Shown piece by piece: positions 40,528 to 53,075 of a stretch of DNA of 64,000 bases (the first letter of the stretch is position 1; each line of letters begins with the position of its first letter). Under the pieces are notes generated by a model that worked only from the letters and a program-made list of their open reading frames with translations, was not told the DNA's origin and made no database searches. This DNA comes from an uncultured Gemmatimonadales bacterium (GTDB lineage Bacteria > Gemmatimonadota > Gemmatimonadetes > Gemmatimonadales > Gemmatimonadaceae), in the NCBI GenBank assembly GCA_963793305.1, contig CAWBZV010000002.1, positions 800,001-864,000 on the forward strand, given 5' to 3'. A program made the position numbers and the translations under genes.

Positions 40528-42552
40528 TTACTTGGCCGGTGCGACGGCAACCGCCGCGATCAAGAGTCCCAGTGCGTGCAGATCCGACAGGTCGATGACC
40601 TCGGCCGGCGAGTGGCTGTACCGGAGCGGCCATGCCAGCGGTACGTCGATCGCGCCGTAGCGCACGAACTCGGAGCCGTCGTTCCCACCGTTCGTTGTCC
40701 CGATCTGCAACGGGATGTGCGAAGCCTCGGCGATCCGCCGCACACGCTCGACCTCGGCCGCCGGGGTGACGCTGGAGTTGTCGTGCGCGCGTTCGACGGC
40801 GCCCGCGCCTATCGGTGCGTAGGCGAAGCGCTGCGACTCGAGTGGGGAGTCTGATGACACGAACGTGTCGACCGCGTGAACCCGTTTGACGCTCGTGCCG
40901 AACTCCGCCGCCAATGCCGCCGCACCATTGAGTCCGACCTCTTCTCGGGTGGAGAACGCAAAGATGACCGTGTGATCCAGCTTCGTCGGATCGATTTGCT
41001 GCATGGCGAGCAGGAGCGAGGTCACACCTGTCCGGTCATCCAGCGCTCGCACGGTGTAGCGCGTCGGCCCGAGGCGGGTCGGGTGCTTGGTTGATGTCAC
41101 ACCCTGCCCGACGTGCACACCACACGCCACCAGCGCCGCGGAGTCGACGCCAAACCAGGCCGAGAGCGTGTCGGGCTGCTTCACGGTCGCCTTGTCTCGC
41201 GGGATAAAGACGCCGCGCATGGGCGTGTCGCACTTCGTCACTTCATGCAGAAGCGCGCGCTGGCCTTCCCACAAGGACGGGTAAAATCCGCCCAGTGGTT
41301 TGAGCACCACGCGGCCGTCGTGCTCGATGCGGACGATGTCGAATCCGAGCTCGTCGAGATGCGCGACGAAGACGACGGTGTCCTTTGGAGGGCCAGCGAC
41401 GACGAACAGGTTGCCGGCGGTATCGACAGCGGGGCCGAGTACGTTCCAGGCGCGCGGAATCAGGCCACGAACGGTGCGGCGGACGTCGGCTTCATGACCG
41501 GACGGCCCGTAGACGGTGCTGACCTGCGTCAGAAGATCGGCGACAGGAGTGAGGCTGTCAGCGGTCGCGGGAGCAGCCGGTGGCACCGTCGGCACCCCGT
41601 GCAGCGCCGCGGGGGCCGCCGACGCGACACCGGCAGACTGCGCCACGGCGCCCGCGAGCGAGGTGATGTCGCTCGCTCGTAAGGACTCGACGAGCGTGCC
41701 GGGATAACGCGCGCGGACGCCGATAGCGATCGTAGTGCCGACGCGAGGCGTGGCCGGTGCGTCGGCGCGCATCACAGCAAACGTCGTGTCGGCCGGCGTG
41801 AGTCCTGGCTCGACGAGGACGAGCGTGTCGACTCGGCCCAACCGGGCGAGCACGGACTGGAGGCCGGTTCTGGCATAACTGTGCTGGACGGCCAGCACGA
41901 AGATGGTCTCGCCACCCCGGGTGGGCTTTGCGCTCGCAGCGCCGGCGACGACCGCGCAGCTCGCCCGCGCGGCGGCCTCGGGTCCTGCGACGTACTCACC
42001 GTACCGCCAAGGTGCCCACTGCTTCGCGACCGGGTCGAGGATCACGATCCCCATCTGCGCGACCTCGGCGCGCGACCGTGCGCCGACGTCGAGCCAGAGG
42101 TCATCGATGGTGACCGGCGCTTCCGGCGTGCTCCGACGGCGCCAGAGGTGTGTGCTCTTGACCGCGATCACGCCCGGGAGCGCGCCGTTCTTGGTCAGCA
42201 CGCGGACGCGCTGGCCCTCGTGGAACTGGTCCCACAATGGCGAGTGGCGAGACCGCTCGGGTGCCGCCAGTCGCAGATAGCCCGCATCCGTGATCTCGGA
42301 GACGATGTAGCCGCCATCGTCCAGCCCGCAGGCGACGACACGGCGAGGCGAGCCGCTACCCACGCGCTTGACCAGGTTGCCGAGCGCGTCGGTCGTCCAG
42401 CCTGGGAGGCTGGCCGAGATGATCTGCGTCGCGCTGCCTTCCTGGCCTGGCGGCGCATCGAGCGCGATCCAATCAGAGATCGTCTCCGTCACCTGAGCCG
42501 TCGCGGATGTCGCGACGACGCACAAGGCGGCCAGCGCGGCTAGTGTGCGAAT
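40528..42552 (-). CDS. Secreted tandem-domain M42 (M20/M28 clan) metallopeptidase
   Basis: Signal peptide IRTLAALAALCVVATSATAQ after a GGGAG RBS (apparent ATT start). The C-terminal domain has AHLDE, LDDR, REEVG, VDT, YSHS. Confidence 0.85.
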   Translation of the reverse strand: MRTLAALAALCVVATSATAQVTETISDWIALDAPPGQEGSATQIISASLPGWTTDALGNLVKRVGSGSPRRVVACGLDDGGYIVSEITDAGYLRLAAPERSRHSPLWDQFHEGQRVRVLTKNGALPGVIAVKSTHLWRRRSTPEAPVTIDDLWLDVGARSRAEVAQMGIVILDPVAKQWAPWRYGEYVAGPEAAARASCAVVAGAASAKPTRGGETIFVLAVQHSYARTGLQSVLARLGRVDTLVLVEPGLTPADTTFAVMRADAPATPRVGTTIAIGVRARYPGTLVESLRASDITSLAGAVAQSAGVASAAPAALHGVPTVPPAAPATADSLTPVADLLTQVSTVYGPSGHEADVRRTVRGLIPRAWNVLGPAVDTAGNLFVVAGPPKDTVVFVAHLDELGFDIVRIEHDGRVVLKPLGGFYPSLWEGQRALLHEVTKCDTPMRGVFIPRDKATVKQPDTLSAWFGVDSAALVACGVHVGQGVTSTKHPTRLGPTRYTVRALDDRTGVTSLLLAMQQIDPTKLDHTVIFAFSTREEVGLNGAAALAAEFGTSVKRVHAVDTFVSSDSPLESQRFAYAPIGAGAVERAHDNSSVTPAAEVERVRRIAEASHIPLQIGTTNGGNDGSEFVRYGAIDVPLAWPLRYSHSPAEVIDLSDLHALGLLIAAVAVAPAK

Positions 42553-43168
42553 GGGTCGTTCTCCCTCAGATGGTGAAGGTCGCCTATGACTCGTCCGTCC
42601 GCCCCAAGTGTAATGCGTCCGGCCGCGACCGCGGCGACGGAGTGGGGATAGATCTTGTGCTCGACTTCTAACGTGCGAGCCGCCAACGTCGCTGGCGTGT
42701 CGTTGGGCTGCACCCAGACTGGCGCTTGGGCGATGATCGGGCCACGGTCGTAGTCGGCGTCGACGAAATGCACGGTCGCGCCAGTGATTTTCACGCCGGC
42801 TGCCAGGACCGCCGCGTGCACGCGCTCGCCGTACATGCCCGCGCCGCCGAATGCGGGCAGAAGCGACGGATGAATATTGACTATGCGCCCGCGAAACGCG
42901 CGGGTGACGGCGTCGGGCACATGCTTGAGGTATCCCGCCAACGCGATGAGCTCGATGTGATGGCGCCGGAGCATCGCCAACATCGCCTCGGCATTGGACG
43001 GCTGCTCTATCAACCCGGTCGGGATGCCGCGAGCTCTGGCCTTCGCGAGCGCGCCGGCATCGGCTCGATTCGACGCCACAAGGGCTAAGGGCATTCTGCT
43101 CGGCGATTGCTTGCATGTTGCTGCCGCCGCCCGAAGCAAATACCGCGATGCGTGCCTGAAGCGCCATG
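42540..43168 (-). CDS. purN: Phosphoribosylglycinamide formyltransferase, +1 frameshift at ~43095; N-terminus in frame with gmhB
   Basis: RIAVFASGGGSN; LAGYLK, NIHPSLLPAFGG, GATVHFVD..YDRGPII. Confidence 0.92.
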
Positions 43169-43668
43169 GTGGCCGCTGCGTCGAGCGTGGCTGCTTGGAC
43201 CGTCGCCCGTTCGCGGTCCTCTGCCGGTGTCTCCGCCGACGGTACGAGGATTCCGTAGCCGCCGAGTGCGTCGGCCGCGGCGATGTCCGACCACTTGTCA
43301 CCGATCAGCACGACCCGAGCACCTTCGAGTCCCAGATCGCGGATGGCCCTCTGGTAGAGTTCCAGCCCGGGCTTACGGCACTCGCACGGCCCGCCGATAT
43401 CGGGGTGATGCGGACACACGTACGTCGCATCGACTTCCACGAACGAATCGAGACGAGCACGGACCGCTTCATACTGTGCGGGCGTGATCATGCCGCGCGC
43501 GATGCCGGATTGGTTCGTGACGACGACAACCGCCAGGCCCGCTTCGCGAAGGCGGCCGATCGCGTACGCGGCGCCTTCCAGGAGCGCCACGCGATCGGGG
43601 TCGGCGAGGTAATGCTCGTCGCGAATGATCGTCCCGTCGCGATCGAGGAATACCACGGCCTTCATCAT
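43169..43668 (-). CDS. gmhB: HAD-IIIA phosphatase (D-glycero-D-manno-heptose 1,7-bisphosphate phosphatase-like); no stop before purN
   Basis: FLDRDGT, VTNQSGIARG, CPHHP..C.CRKP, IGDK.SD. Confidence 0.88.
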
Positions 43669-45014
43669 GCGAATCCGAGCGCGCGGGTCACGGTCTCGAT
43701 GAGCGCTGCATCGTCTGACTCGGGCACCGAACGGAGGTCGAGGATGCAGCGGCCGTCGGCGATGCGACCGATAACGGCGGGATCACTCGCTCGGAGTCGA
43801 CGCTCCGCCGTTTCGGCGTCACCCTTGATCGCCAGAGCCGCCGAGGGGATCCTTGCGGTCGGGAAGGCGCCGCCGCCGACGGTGGCCTCCGACTCAATGA
43901 CCTCCGCGGCGATGCGCCGCGCGGCCAGGTGCGCGCGCTCGCGAATGCGCGCGACGGGTGCGGTCAGCATCGCCAACGCGGGGATGGTGCGCACGGCGGT
44001 CGCCGGATCCCTGTACAGCGTCAGCGTTGCCTCCAGGGCGGCCAGCGTCAGCTTGTCGACGCGGAGCGCTCGGGCAAGAGGATTGCGACGGGCAGCCGCG
44101 ATAGCGGCGGCCGTGCCGAGTATGATGCCAGCCTGGGGTCCACCGAGCAGCTTGTCGCCGCTCATCATGGTCAGCGTCGCTCCGGCGCGTACCGAGTCTG
44201 ACGCCGTGGGTTCGCCGGTCAGGCCGTAGGCGTCGAGCGAGATCATGAGCCCACTGCCGAAGTCATGCAGCAGCGGCAGCTCGTGCTCCTCGGCCAGAGG
44301 CGCGAGATCAGCGAGGGTCGCTTCGCTCACGAATCCATCGATGGCGAAGTTGCTCCGGTGCACTTTGAGCAGCGCGCCGGTGTCGGGCCCGATTGCCGCG
44401 GCATAGTCGCCGCGATGCGTCCGGTTCGTGGTGCCGACTTCGACGAGCCGGGACCCGCTCTTGGCCATGATGTCCGGCACGCGGAAGCTGCCACCGATCT
44501 CAATCAGCTCGCCGCGCGAAACGATGGTCGTCTTGCCCTCGGCCAGCGTGTTGAGCGCGAGCACCAGCGCCGACGCGCAATTGTTGACGACGATCGCGTC
44601 CTCGGCGCCGGTCAGCTCCGTGAGCAGTGATACGCAGTGCGTATATCGCGATCCACGCGCACCGCGCTCGATATCATACTCGAGATTCGTATAACCAGCG
44701 GCGGTCGCGGCGATCGCGTCGATGGCGGCGCGGGCCAATGGTGCGCGACCGAGATTCGTGTGGAGGACGACGCCGGTCGCATTGAACACCGGCCGGAGCG
44801 ACGGTCGTGATCTGGCCGCGAGGGCGTCGCCGATCGCTTCCGCCCACTCGTCTTCGCCGTGCGGCGCGGCGCCCGGGTTCGTCCGTGCGCGCGCAACGGC
44901 ATCGCGAACGGCGTCGACCACCACCGCGCGTGGGGCGAGCGCCATGAGCCGGCCGACGGCCGCGCTCTCTAAGAGCGTGCTGACCGATGGCAGGTCGCGG
45001 CGAGGGTCACTCAT
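43665..45014 (-). CDS. selA: L-seryl-tRNA(Sec) selenium transferase
   Basis: NATGVVLHTNLGRAPL, SRGELIEIGGSFR, SGDKLLGGPQAG (PLP lysine), RALRVDK. Confidence 0.97.
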   Translation of the reverse strand: MSDPRRDLPSVSTLLESAAVGRLMALAPRAVVVDAVRDAVARARTNPGAAPHGEDEWAEAIGDALAARSRPSLRPVFNATGVVLHTNLGRAPLARAAIDAIAATAAGYTNLEYDIERGARGSRYTHCVSLLTELTGAEDAIVVNNCASALVLALNTLAEGKTTIVSRGELIEIGGSFRVPDIMAKSGSRLVEVGTTNRTHRGDYAAAIGPDTGALLKVHRSNFAIDGFVSEATLADLAPLAEEHELPLLHDFGSGLMISLDAYGLTGEPTASDSVRAGATLTMMSGDKLLGGPQAGIILGTAAAIAAARRNPLARALRVDKLTLAALEATLTLYRDPATAVRTIPALAMLTAPVARIRERAHLAARRIAAEVIESEATVGGGAFPTARIPSAALAIKGDAETAERRLRASDPAVIGRIADGRCILDLRSVPESDDAALIETVTRALGFA

Positions 45015-45068
45015 GGGACTGAATCTCGCTGCGGGATGGAATCTCGCCGCGGGACTGAATCTCGCTGC
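45015..45068. repeat. 3 x 18-bp tandem repeat encoding the (Q/R)RDS(V/I)P C-terminal tail
   Basis: GGGACTGAATCTCGCTGC / GGGATGGAATCTCGCCGC / GGGACTGAATCTCGCTGC. Confidence 0.9.
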
Positions 45069-46320
45069 GCCGGTAGGCGACCGCGAAGGCCGCGTCGGCC
45101 GTGCGTGCTATCAGCCTTGGTCGTGTCGCGTTTGGGAATGGTGAAGACCAAAAACGAAGTCCGCGGATGCCCAAGGAGATTACGCAGACCGATCGACGAT
45201 GCACGGTAGAACGCACCCGGCGTCAGCGGCAATCCGAGCGAGAGCACGGCGTCCGTGACCGGGCTCGACTTGCTCGGCTTGATCAGCCGGGCTTCGCGGG
45301 CCGAGTCGCGCCGCGACTGACGCTGGATGTTGCGGGCGCGCTGGGCAGCGGTGTCTCGTGCGCCGACGCCGCCGGCCGCGGCGCGTTTCGCCGAGTCGGC
45401 GCGCAGCAGCGAGTCGTCCCGCGCCCGGTTGCGGGTGGTGAGGACGGAGTCGTAGGTGCGGCCAGAGACGGCGGTCGTGATGGGGATCGCGGTCGAATCC
45501 TTCGCTTTCAGCGTGAAGAGCGCCGGCGTGATCGACTGGTTGACGTCGACGCCCTTATCGAATGTGAGCCGCAGCGTGACGCTGTCGACGATGCGCGTCT
45601 CGGCGATGCGCGGGCCGATCGTGTCATGGATGAAGGTCAGGAGCTCGACGTTCGCGCTATCCGTCAGCTTGACTCCGACCGAGTCCCACAGCTCGCGCTG
45701 ATCCAATCGGCGGTTGTTGTTCTGATCGATGTAGCCCCGGACCGTGTACGGTCCGCCCGGCAAGTGGGGCAGGACAAACCGGCCGTTGCTGTCGGAGACC
45801 GCGACCCAGATCGTGTTCGTGTCGGACGGGACCCATGCTTCGATCAAGGCTTTCGGCGCGATGCTGCCTTTCACCCAGTCGAAGATCACACCGCGAATGG
45901 CGGTCGGGGGGATCGTCGAGCCGGTCGAGAACGTGAGTGTCGTGTCGCGCTTGATCGAGTTGCCGCGCAGGTCGGTCATCCCCGGCAGCATCGTGATCGT
46001 GTAGACCGTGTTCGGACGGAATCCGTGGCGCGGGCTCAGCGAGATATGCGTACGGTGCCAGGCGGCGGAGACGGGCGCCTTGCGCTCGTTCGGCGAGACG
46101 AGAAAGAGCTTGTCGAGGCTCTCAACACCTGACGGCAGCTCACTCACGACTTCGTCGAACCGGAACACCGCGCGGTTGGTGGTCACGTTGACGGCGTTTG
46201 TTTCAGGGATCAGCTCGATCAGCCTCGGCGGAGCGTGACGCTCCGGGCCACCCGGCGGGAACTGCTCCGAAGCGCACGCGGCCAGGGCTGCCATCGCGAC
46301 GAGCGCGGCAGCCCATCGCG

Positions 46321-49056
<2,736 letters not shown>

Positions 49057-49081
49057 CGGGTCAAGATAACGATGGCGGCGG

Positions 49082-49687
49082 TCATGCGGATGGCGGGCCT
49101 TCCGTGCGCAAATCCTGCGCCGTATGCGTGTCTACCGGCCTTGGCGGCAGCGGATCGGCCACGTCCTCTTCGCCCCAATCGCTCTCGGCGTACTGTGCAT
49201 TTTCTTCCGCGTCATCCTCCGCGTCATCGTCGACGAGTTCATCCGTCTCCTCAGCCTGCTCATCCTGACGCACGCTCAGGCGGTTGACGACCGTCTCGAC
49301 GCCTGGCACGCCGCGGGCGATGACGCTGGCGTGGTCAGACTCGCGAACGGTGAACACGTGGCCGGTGAGCTCGATCGTATGCTCGGCCACGGCGCCGATG
49401 TCGACCGCGCGCTCGCGAAGGGTGGGATCGTTCGTGAAGGCCGAGAGGACGCGTTCCTCGAGCTCCTCATTGGCGCTCTCGAACGCCTCTTCGTCGAGCT
49501 CCTCGTGGTCCTCCTCGTCGTACTCTTCCTTTTGCTGCTTGGCCTGGGCGCCGAATCGCACGCCACCGAACCGTTGTGATAGATACACCCCGGCCGCAAG
49601 CCCGGCGAGCGCCCCAGCGGCCAGCAGGAGCAGGCCGTTAGGCGAGCTCTCGTCGTCGTCGTTGACGCGGATCCGATACCGAGACAT
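49082..49687 (-). CDS. BON domain protein with an N-terminal TM and acidic tails
   Basis: LEERVLSAF..DP.L....IELTG.V...ARGVPGVETVVNRL. Confidence 0.88.
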   Translation of the reverse strand: MSRYRIRVNDDDESSPNGLLLLAAGALAGLAAGVYLSQRFGGVRFGAQAKQQKEEYDEEDHEELDEEAFESANEELEERVLSAFTNDPTLRERAVDIGAVAEHTIELTGHVFTVRESDHASVIARGVPGVETVVNRLSVRQDEQAEETDELVDDDAEDDAEENAQYAESDWGEEDVADPLPPRPVDTHTAQDLRTEGPPSA

Positions 49688-49773
49688 AGGGAGACTCCCG
49701 TGGCGAGGCGTGGATCGGAACGATTAGCTTCCAAGTCCGTGGCGGGCAAGAACAAGGCCACTTTTTCGGACCC

Positions 49774-49917
49774 GTGAACGAGCCGAATCCTACCCCGCCG
49801 CGACCACGACTACGGTACGTAATATGGCTGACTGTCGCTATCGTGACGGTCGCCGGCGTGGTGTTCTATTTCCGCTATCAAACCGCACTCGCGCCGATGC
49901 TCGGCGGGGGTAAGTAG
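49774..49917 (+). CDS. Small single-TM protein (47 aa) upstream of thrS
   Basis: GTG49774: MNEPNPTPPRPRLRYVIWLTVAIVTVAGVVFYFRYQTALAPMLGGGK*; its stop ends 1 nt before the thrS GTG. Confidence 0.65.
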   Translation: MNEPNPTPPRPRLRYVIWLTVAIVTVAGVVFYFRYQTALAPMLGGGK

Positions 49918-49918
49918 T

Positions 49919-51880
49919 GTGACCACAAGCGCTCCGCCCCGAATGCTGCGATTGACTCTGCCAGACGGCTCCTTGCGTGAAGTACCCGAAGGGACCCTTC
50001 CCCTCCCGGTAGTCGAGTCCATCGGACCGCGCCTGGCGAAGGCCGCTATTGCGGTTGTCGTAAACGGACAAGTGCAAGATCTCGTTACACCTCTCCGGGA
50101 GGACGGCGAGTTCCTGGTCTTGACCGAAAAGGACCCGCGTTCCCTCGGTGTGCTCCGCCACTCGGCGGCCCATATCCTGGCGACCGCGGTCCGCCGCTTG
50201 CGACCATCGGCCGAGATCGGGTTCGGCCCTGCCATCGAGGACGGCTTCTACTACGACTTCGGGGTCGCCGAGCCATTTACGCCCGAGGACGTAGCAACCT
50301 TCGAGGCGGAGATGCAGCGGGTCGTGGCCGAGGGCTACCCGTTCGTGCGCAGAGAGGTGTCGCGCGAACAGGCGTTGGACGAGTTCGCCGATGACCCGCT
50401 CAAGCTCGAGCGCATCGCCGATCTGGGGCCTGATGAGGTGATCTCGACCTATACCGACGGGCCGTTCACCGATCTCTGTCGTGGGCCGCACGTGCCCGAC
50501 ACCGGGTACCTCAAGCACTTCAAGCTGTTGCACACCGCGGGTGCGTACTGGCGGGGTGATGAGAAGCGGCCGATGCTCCAGCGCATTTACGGGACCGCGT
50601 TCTGGTCGAAGCCGGCGCTCGATGAGCATCTGCATCGGCTCGAGGAGGCCAAGCGGCGCGACCATCGCGTGCTCGGTGCGCAGCTCGACTTGTTCTCCAC
50701 CGACCAGCGGGTGGGACCCGGCCTGATCCTCTGGCACCCGAAAGGTGCGATCATCCGGAACGAGATCGAGAACTTCGAGCGACAGTTGGTCTTGGATCAC
50801 GGTTACGATCTCGTGTACACACCGCACATCGCCAGCGAGCGTCTGTTCGAGATCTCTGGTCACTTGCAGACGTTCCGCGAGAACATGTTCGGCGCCATGG
50901 ACGTTGAAGGCGCCTTGTATCGGCCCAAGCCGATGAACTGCCCGGGCCACATCGCGATCTTCCAGTCCAAGCCGCGCTCGTATCGTGATCTCCCGATTCG
51001 CTACGCGGAGTTCGGCACCTGCTACCGTTACGAGCGGAGCGGCGTGCTGCACGGGATGCTCCGCGTGCGCGGATTCACACAAGACGACGCGCACGTGTTC
51101 TGTACCCCGGAGCAAGTGCGCGTAGAAATCGGCCGCCTCCTGGATCTGGTAGACGAAATTCTCGGCGTATTTGGCTATGAATACTTGATCGAGCTGTCGA
51201 CCCGCCCCGAGAAGTCGCTCGGCAGCGCCGAGGTGTGGGCTGAGGCTGAGAAGACCTTGGCCGACGTGCTCGAAGCGCGTGGCCAGAAGTACAAGATCGA
51301 CGCGGGTGGTGGCGCGTTCTATGGTCCGAAGCTCGACTTCAAGCTCGTGGATGCGATCGGGCGATACTGGCAAGGTCCGACGGTCCAGCTCGACTTCAAC
51401 TTGCCGGAGCGATTCCAGCTCGAGTACACCGGCGCGGACAATCAGCCGCACCGACCGATCATGTTGCACCGGGTGCTGGTGGGCTCGATGGAGCGGTTCG
51501 TCGGTGGCTTGATCGAGCACTATGCCGGCGCATTCCCAGTGTGGCTCGCGCCCGAGCAGGTGCGCGTACTCCCGCTGACCGACGACGTCGCATCGGTTGC
51601 GTCGGCAGTCCATGATCGACTGCGGGCCGCTGGTATTCGCTCGCATCTCGACGCGCGCGCCGAGACCTTGCAGTACCGCGTGCGAGAGGGGAACCTCATG
51701 AAGGTGCCGTATCTCGCGGTCATCGGTCCGCGCGAGGCGCAGGCCGATAGTGTCGCCGTGAGCGTTCGCGGGGCAGGCGAGAAGCAGCGTCCGACGCCGG
51801 TCCCAGTCGCCGATTTTATCGCGCGCGTCAAACACGAGATCGAGACCCGGTCTCTCACTCTTTCGTCATCCAATGCCTGA
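49919..51880 (+). CDS. thrS: Threonine--tRNA ligase
   Basis: TGS domain, RHSAAH, DLCRGPH, KPMNCP, RYERSG, RVRGFTQDDAH, FYGPKLD. Confidence 0.98.
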   Translation: MTTSAPPRMLRLTLPDGSLREVPEGTLPLPVVESIGPRLAKAAIAVVVNGQVQDLVTPLREDGEFLVLTEKDPRSLGVLRHSAAHILATAVRRLRPSAEIGFGPAIEDGFYYDFGVAEPFTPEDVATFEAEMQRVVAEGYPFVRREVSREQALDEFADDPLKLERIADLGPDEVISTYTDGPFTDLCRGPHVPDTGYLKHFKLLHTAGAYWRGDEKRPMLQRIYGTAFWSKPALDEHLHRLEEAKRRDHRVLGAQLDLFSTDQRVGPGLILWHPKGAIIRNEIENFERQLVLDHGYDLVYTPHIASERLFEISGHLQTFRENMFGAMDVEGALYRPKPMNCPGHIAIFQSKPRSYRDLPIRYAEFGTCYRYERSGVLHGMLRVRGFTQDDAHVFCTPEQVRVEIGRLLDLVDEILGVFGYEYLIELSTRPEKSLGSAEVWAEAEKTLADVLEARGQKYKIDAGGGAFYGPKLDFKLVDAIGRYWQGPTVQLDFNLPERFQLEYTGADNQPHRPIMLHRVLVGSMERFVGGLIEHYAGAFPVWLAPEQVRVLPLTDDVASVASAVHDRLRAAGIRSHLDARAETLQYRVREGNLMKVPYLAVIGPREAQADSVAVSVRGAGEKQRPTPVPVADFIARVKHEIETRSLTLSSSNA

Positions 51881-53075
51881 CGCAGTCATTCTCTCCGCGG
51901 CCCGCACGCCGATCGGCCGCTTCTTAGGTGGACTGTCACCGTTGACCGCTCCACAACTGGGCGCGGTCGCGATTCGTGCCGCGGTTGAACGTTCTGGTAT
52001 CGATGCGAGCGACATCTCCGACGTGATTTTCGGGAACGTCGTTCAGGGTGGCGTCGGCCAGGCGCCCGCACGGCAGGCCGCCATTCACGCTGGTCTTCCC
52101 GCCGGCGTCTCGGCGCTCACGATCAACAAAGTCTGCGGCTCGGGTCTGGCCGCGGTCATGCTCGCGGCGCAGGCCATCAAGGCCGGCGATGCCGAGGTGA
52201 TCGTGGCCGGCGGTCAGGAGTCGATGTCGAATGCGCCGTACTACAACTACGGTATGCGCAATGGCGTCAAACTCGGCAATCAGACGCTGACTGATGGCGT
52301 GATCAAAGACGGCCTGTGGTGCTCCTTCTGCGACGTGCACATGGGTGGCCACGCCGAGTACACCGCCAAGAAGGCCCACGTAACCCGCGCGGCCCAGGAC
52401 GAATTCGCGGTCGAATCACACCGTCGCGCGGTCGCGGCGATGGAGGCGGGCAAGTTCAACGACGAAATTATCCCCGTCGAAGTACCAGGCAAGAAGGCCG
52501 CGACCACGATTGCAGTTGACGAAGGCCCGAGAAAGGACGCGTCGATTGAGTCGCTGGCCAAGCTTCGACCGGCGTTTGCCTCGGACGCTCGCGGCATATC
52601 GGCCGCTGAGTTGACGGTGACCGCGGGCAATGCCTCGACGCTGAACGATGGCGCCTCGGCGCTCGTCGTGGCGTCAGCCGAGTATGCGAAGGCCCATGGC
52701 TTGCCGATCATGGCGAGGATCACGGGCTATGGGACGGGCGCCGTCGAGCCGCAAGAGCTGTTCTTTGCGCCGGTCATTGCGGTGCGCGCCCTCATGAAAA
52801 AGGCCGGCACAAAGATCAGCGACTACGACCTGATCGAAGCCAACGAGGCGTTCGCCTCGCAAGCGCTGGCGGATGGCCAGGAGCTCGGTTGGGACTGGGC
52901 GCGGGTGAACGTCAACGGTGGCGCGATCGCCATCGGCCACCCGATCGGCGCGAGCGGCGCGCGCGTGCTCACGACGCTGCTCTACGCGCTCCGCGATCGC
53001 AACAAGCGCACCGGCTTGGCCACGCTCTGCCTCGGTGGCGGTGACGCGGTGGCCCTCTCGGTCGAGCGCGTGTAA
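51873..53075 (+). CDS. Acetyl-CoA C-acetyltransferase (thiolase)
   Basis: [26 protein letters not shown]. Confidence 0.96.
   Translation: MPDAVILSAARTPIGRFLGGLSPLTAPQLGAVAIRAAVERSGIDASDISDVIFGNVVQGGVGQAPARQAAIHAGLPAGVSALTINKVCGSGLAAVMLAAQAIKAGDAEVIVAGGQESMSNAPYYNYGMRNGVKLGNQTLTDGVIKDGLWCSFCDVHMGGHAEYTAKKAHVTRAAQDEFAVESHRRAVAAMEAGKFNDEIIPVEVPGKKAATTIAVDEGPRKDASIESLAKLRPAFASDARGISAAELTVTAGNASTLNDGASALVVASAEYAKAHGLPIMARITGYGTGAVEPQELFFAPVIAVRALMKKAGTKISDYDLIEANEAFASQALADGQELGWDWARVNVNGGAIAIGHPIGASGARVLTTLLYALRDRNKRTGLATLCLGGGDAVALSVERV

Noticed and set aside
40528..43668. 1046-aa ORF as a single GmhB-peptidase fusion protein
   Set aside because: Its middle is the out-of-frame reading of purN after the +1 indel at ~43095. 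The peptidase has its own RBS and signal peptide.
45015..45068. Tandem repeat as a CRISPR array or mobile repeat
   Set aside because: No spacers; it is an in-frame 6-aa coding repeat, and no cas genes are present.
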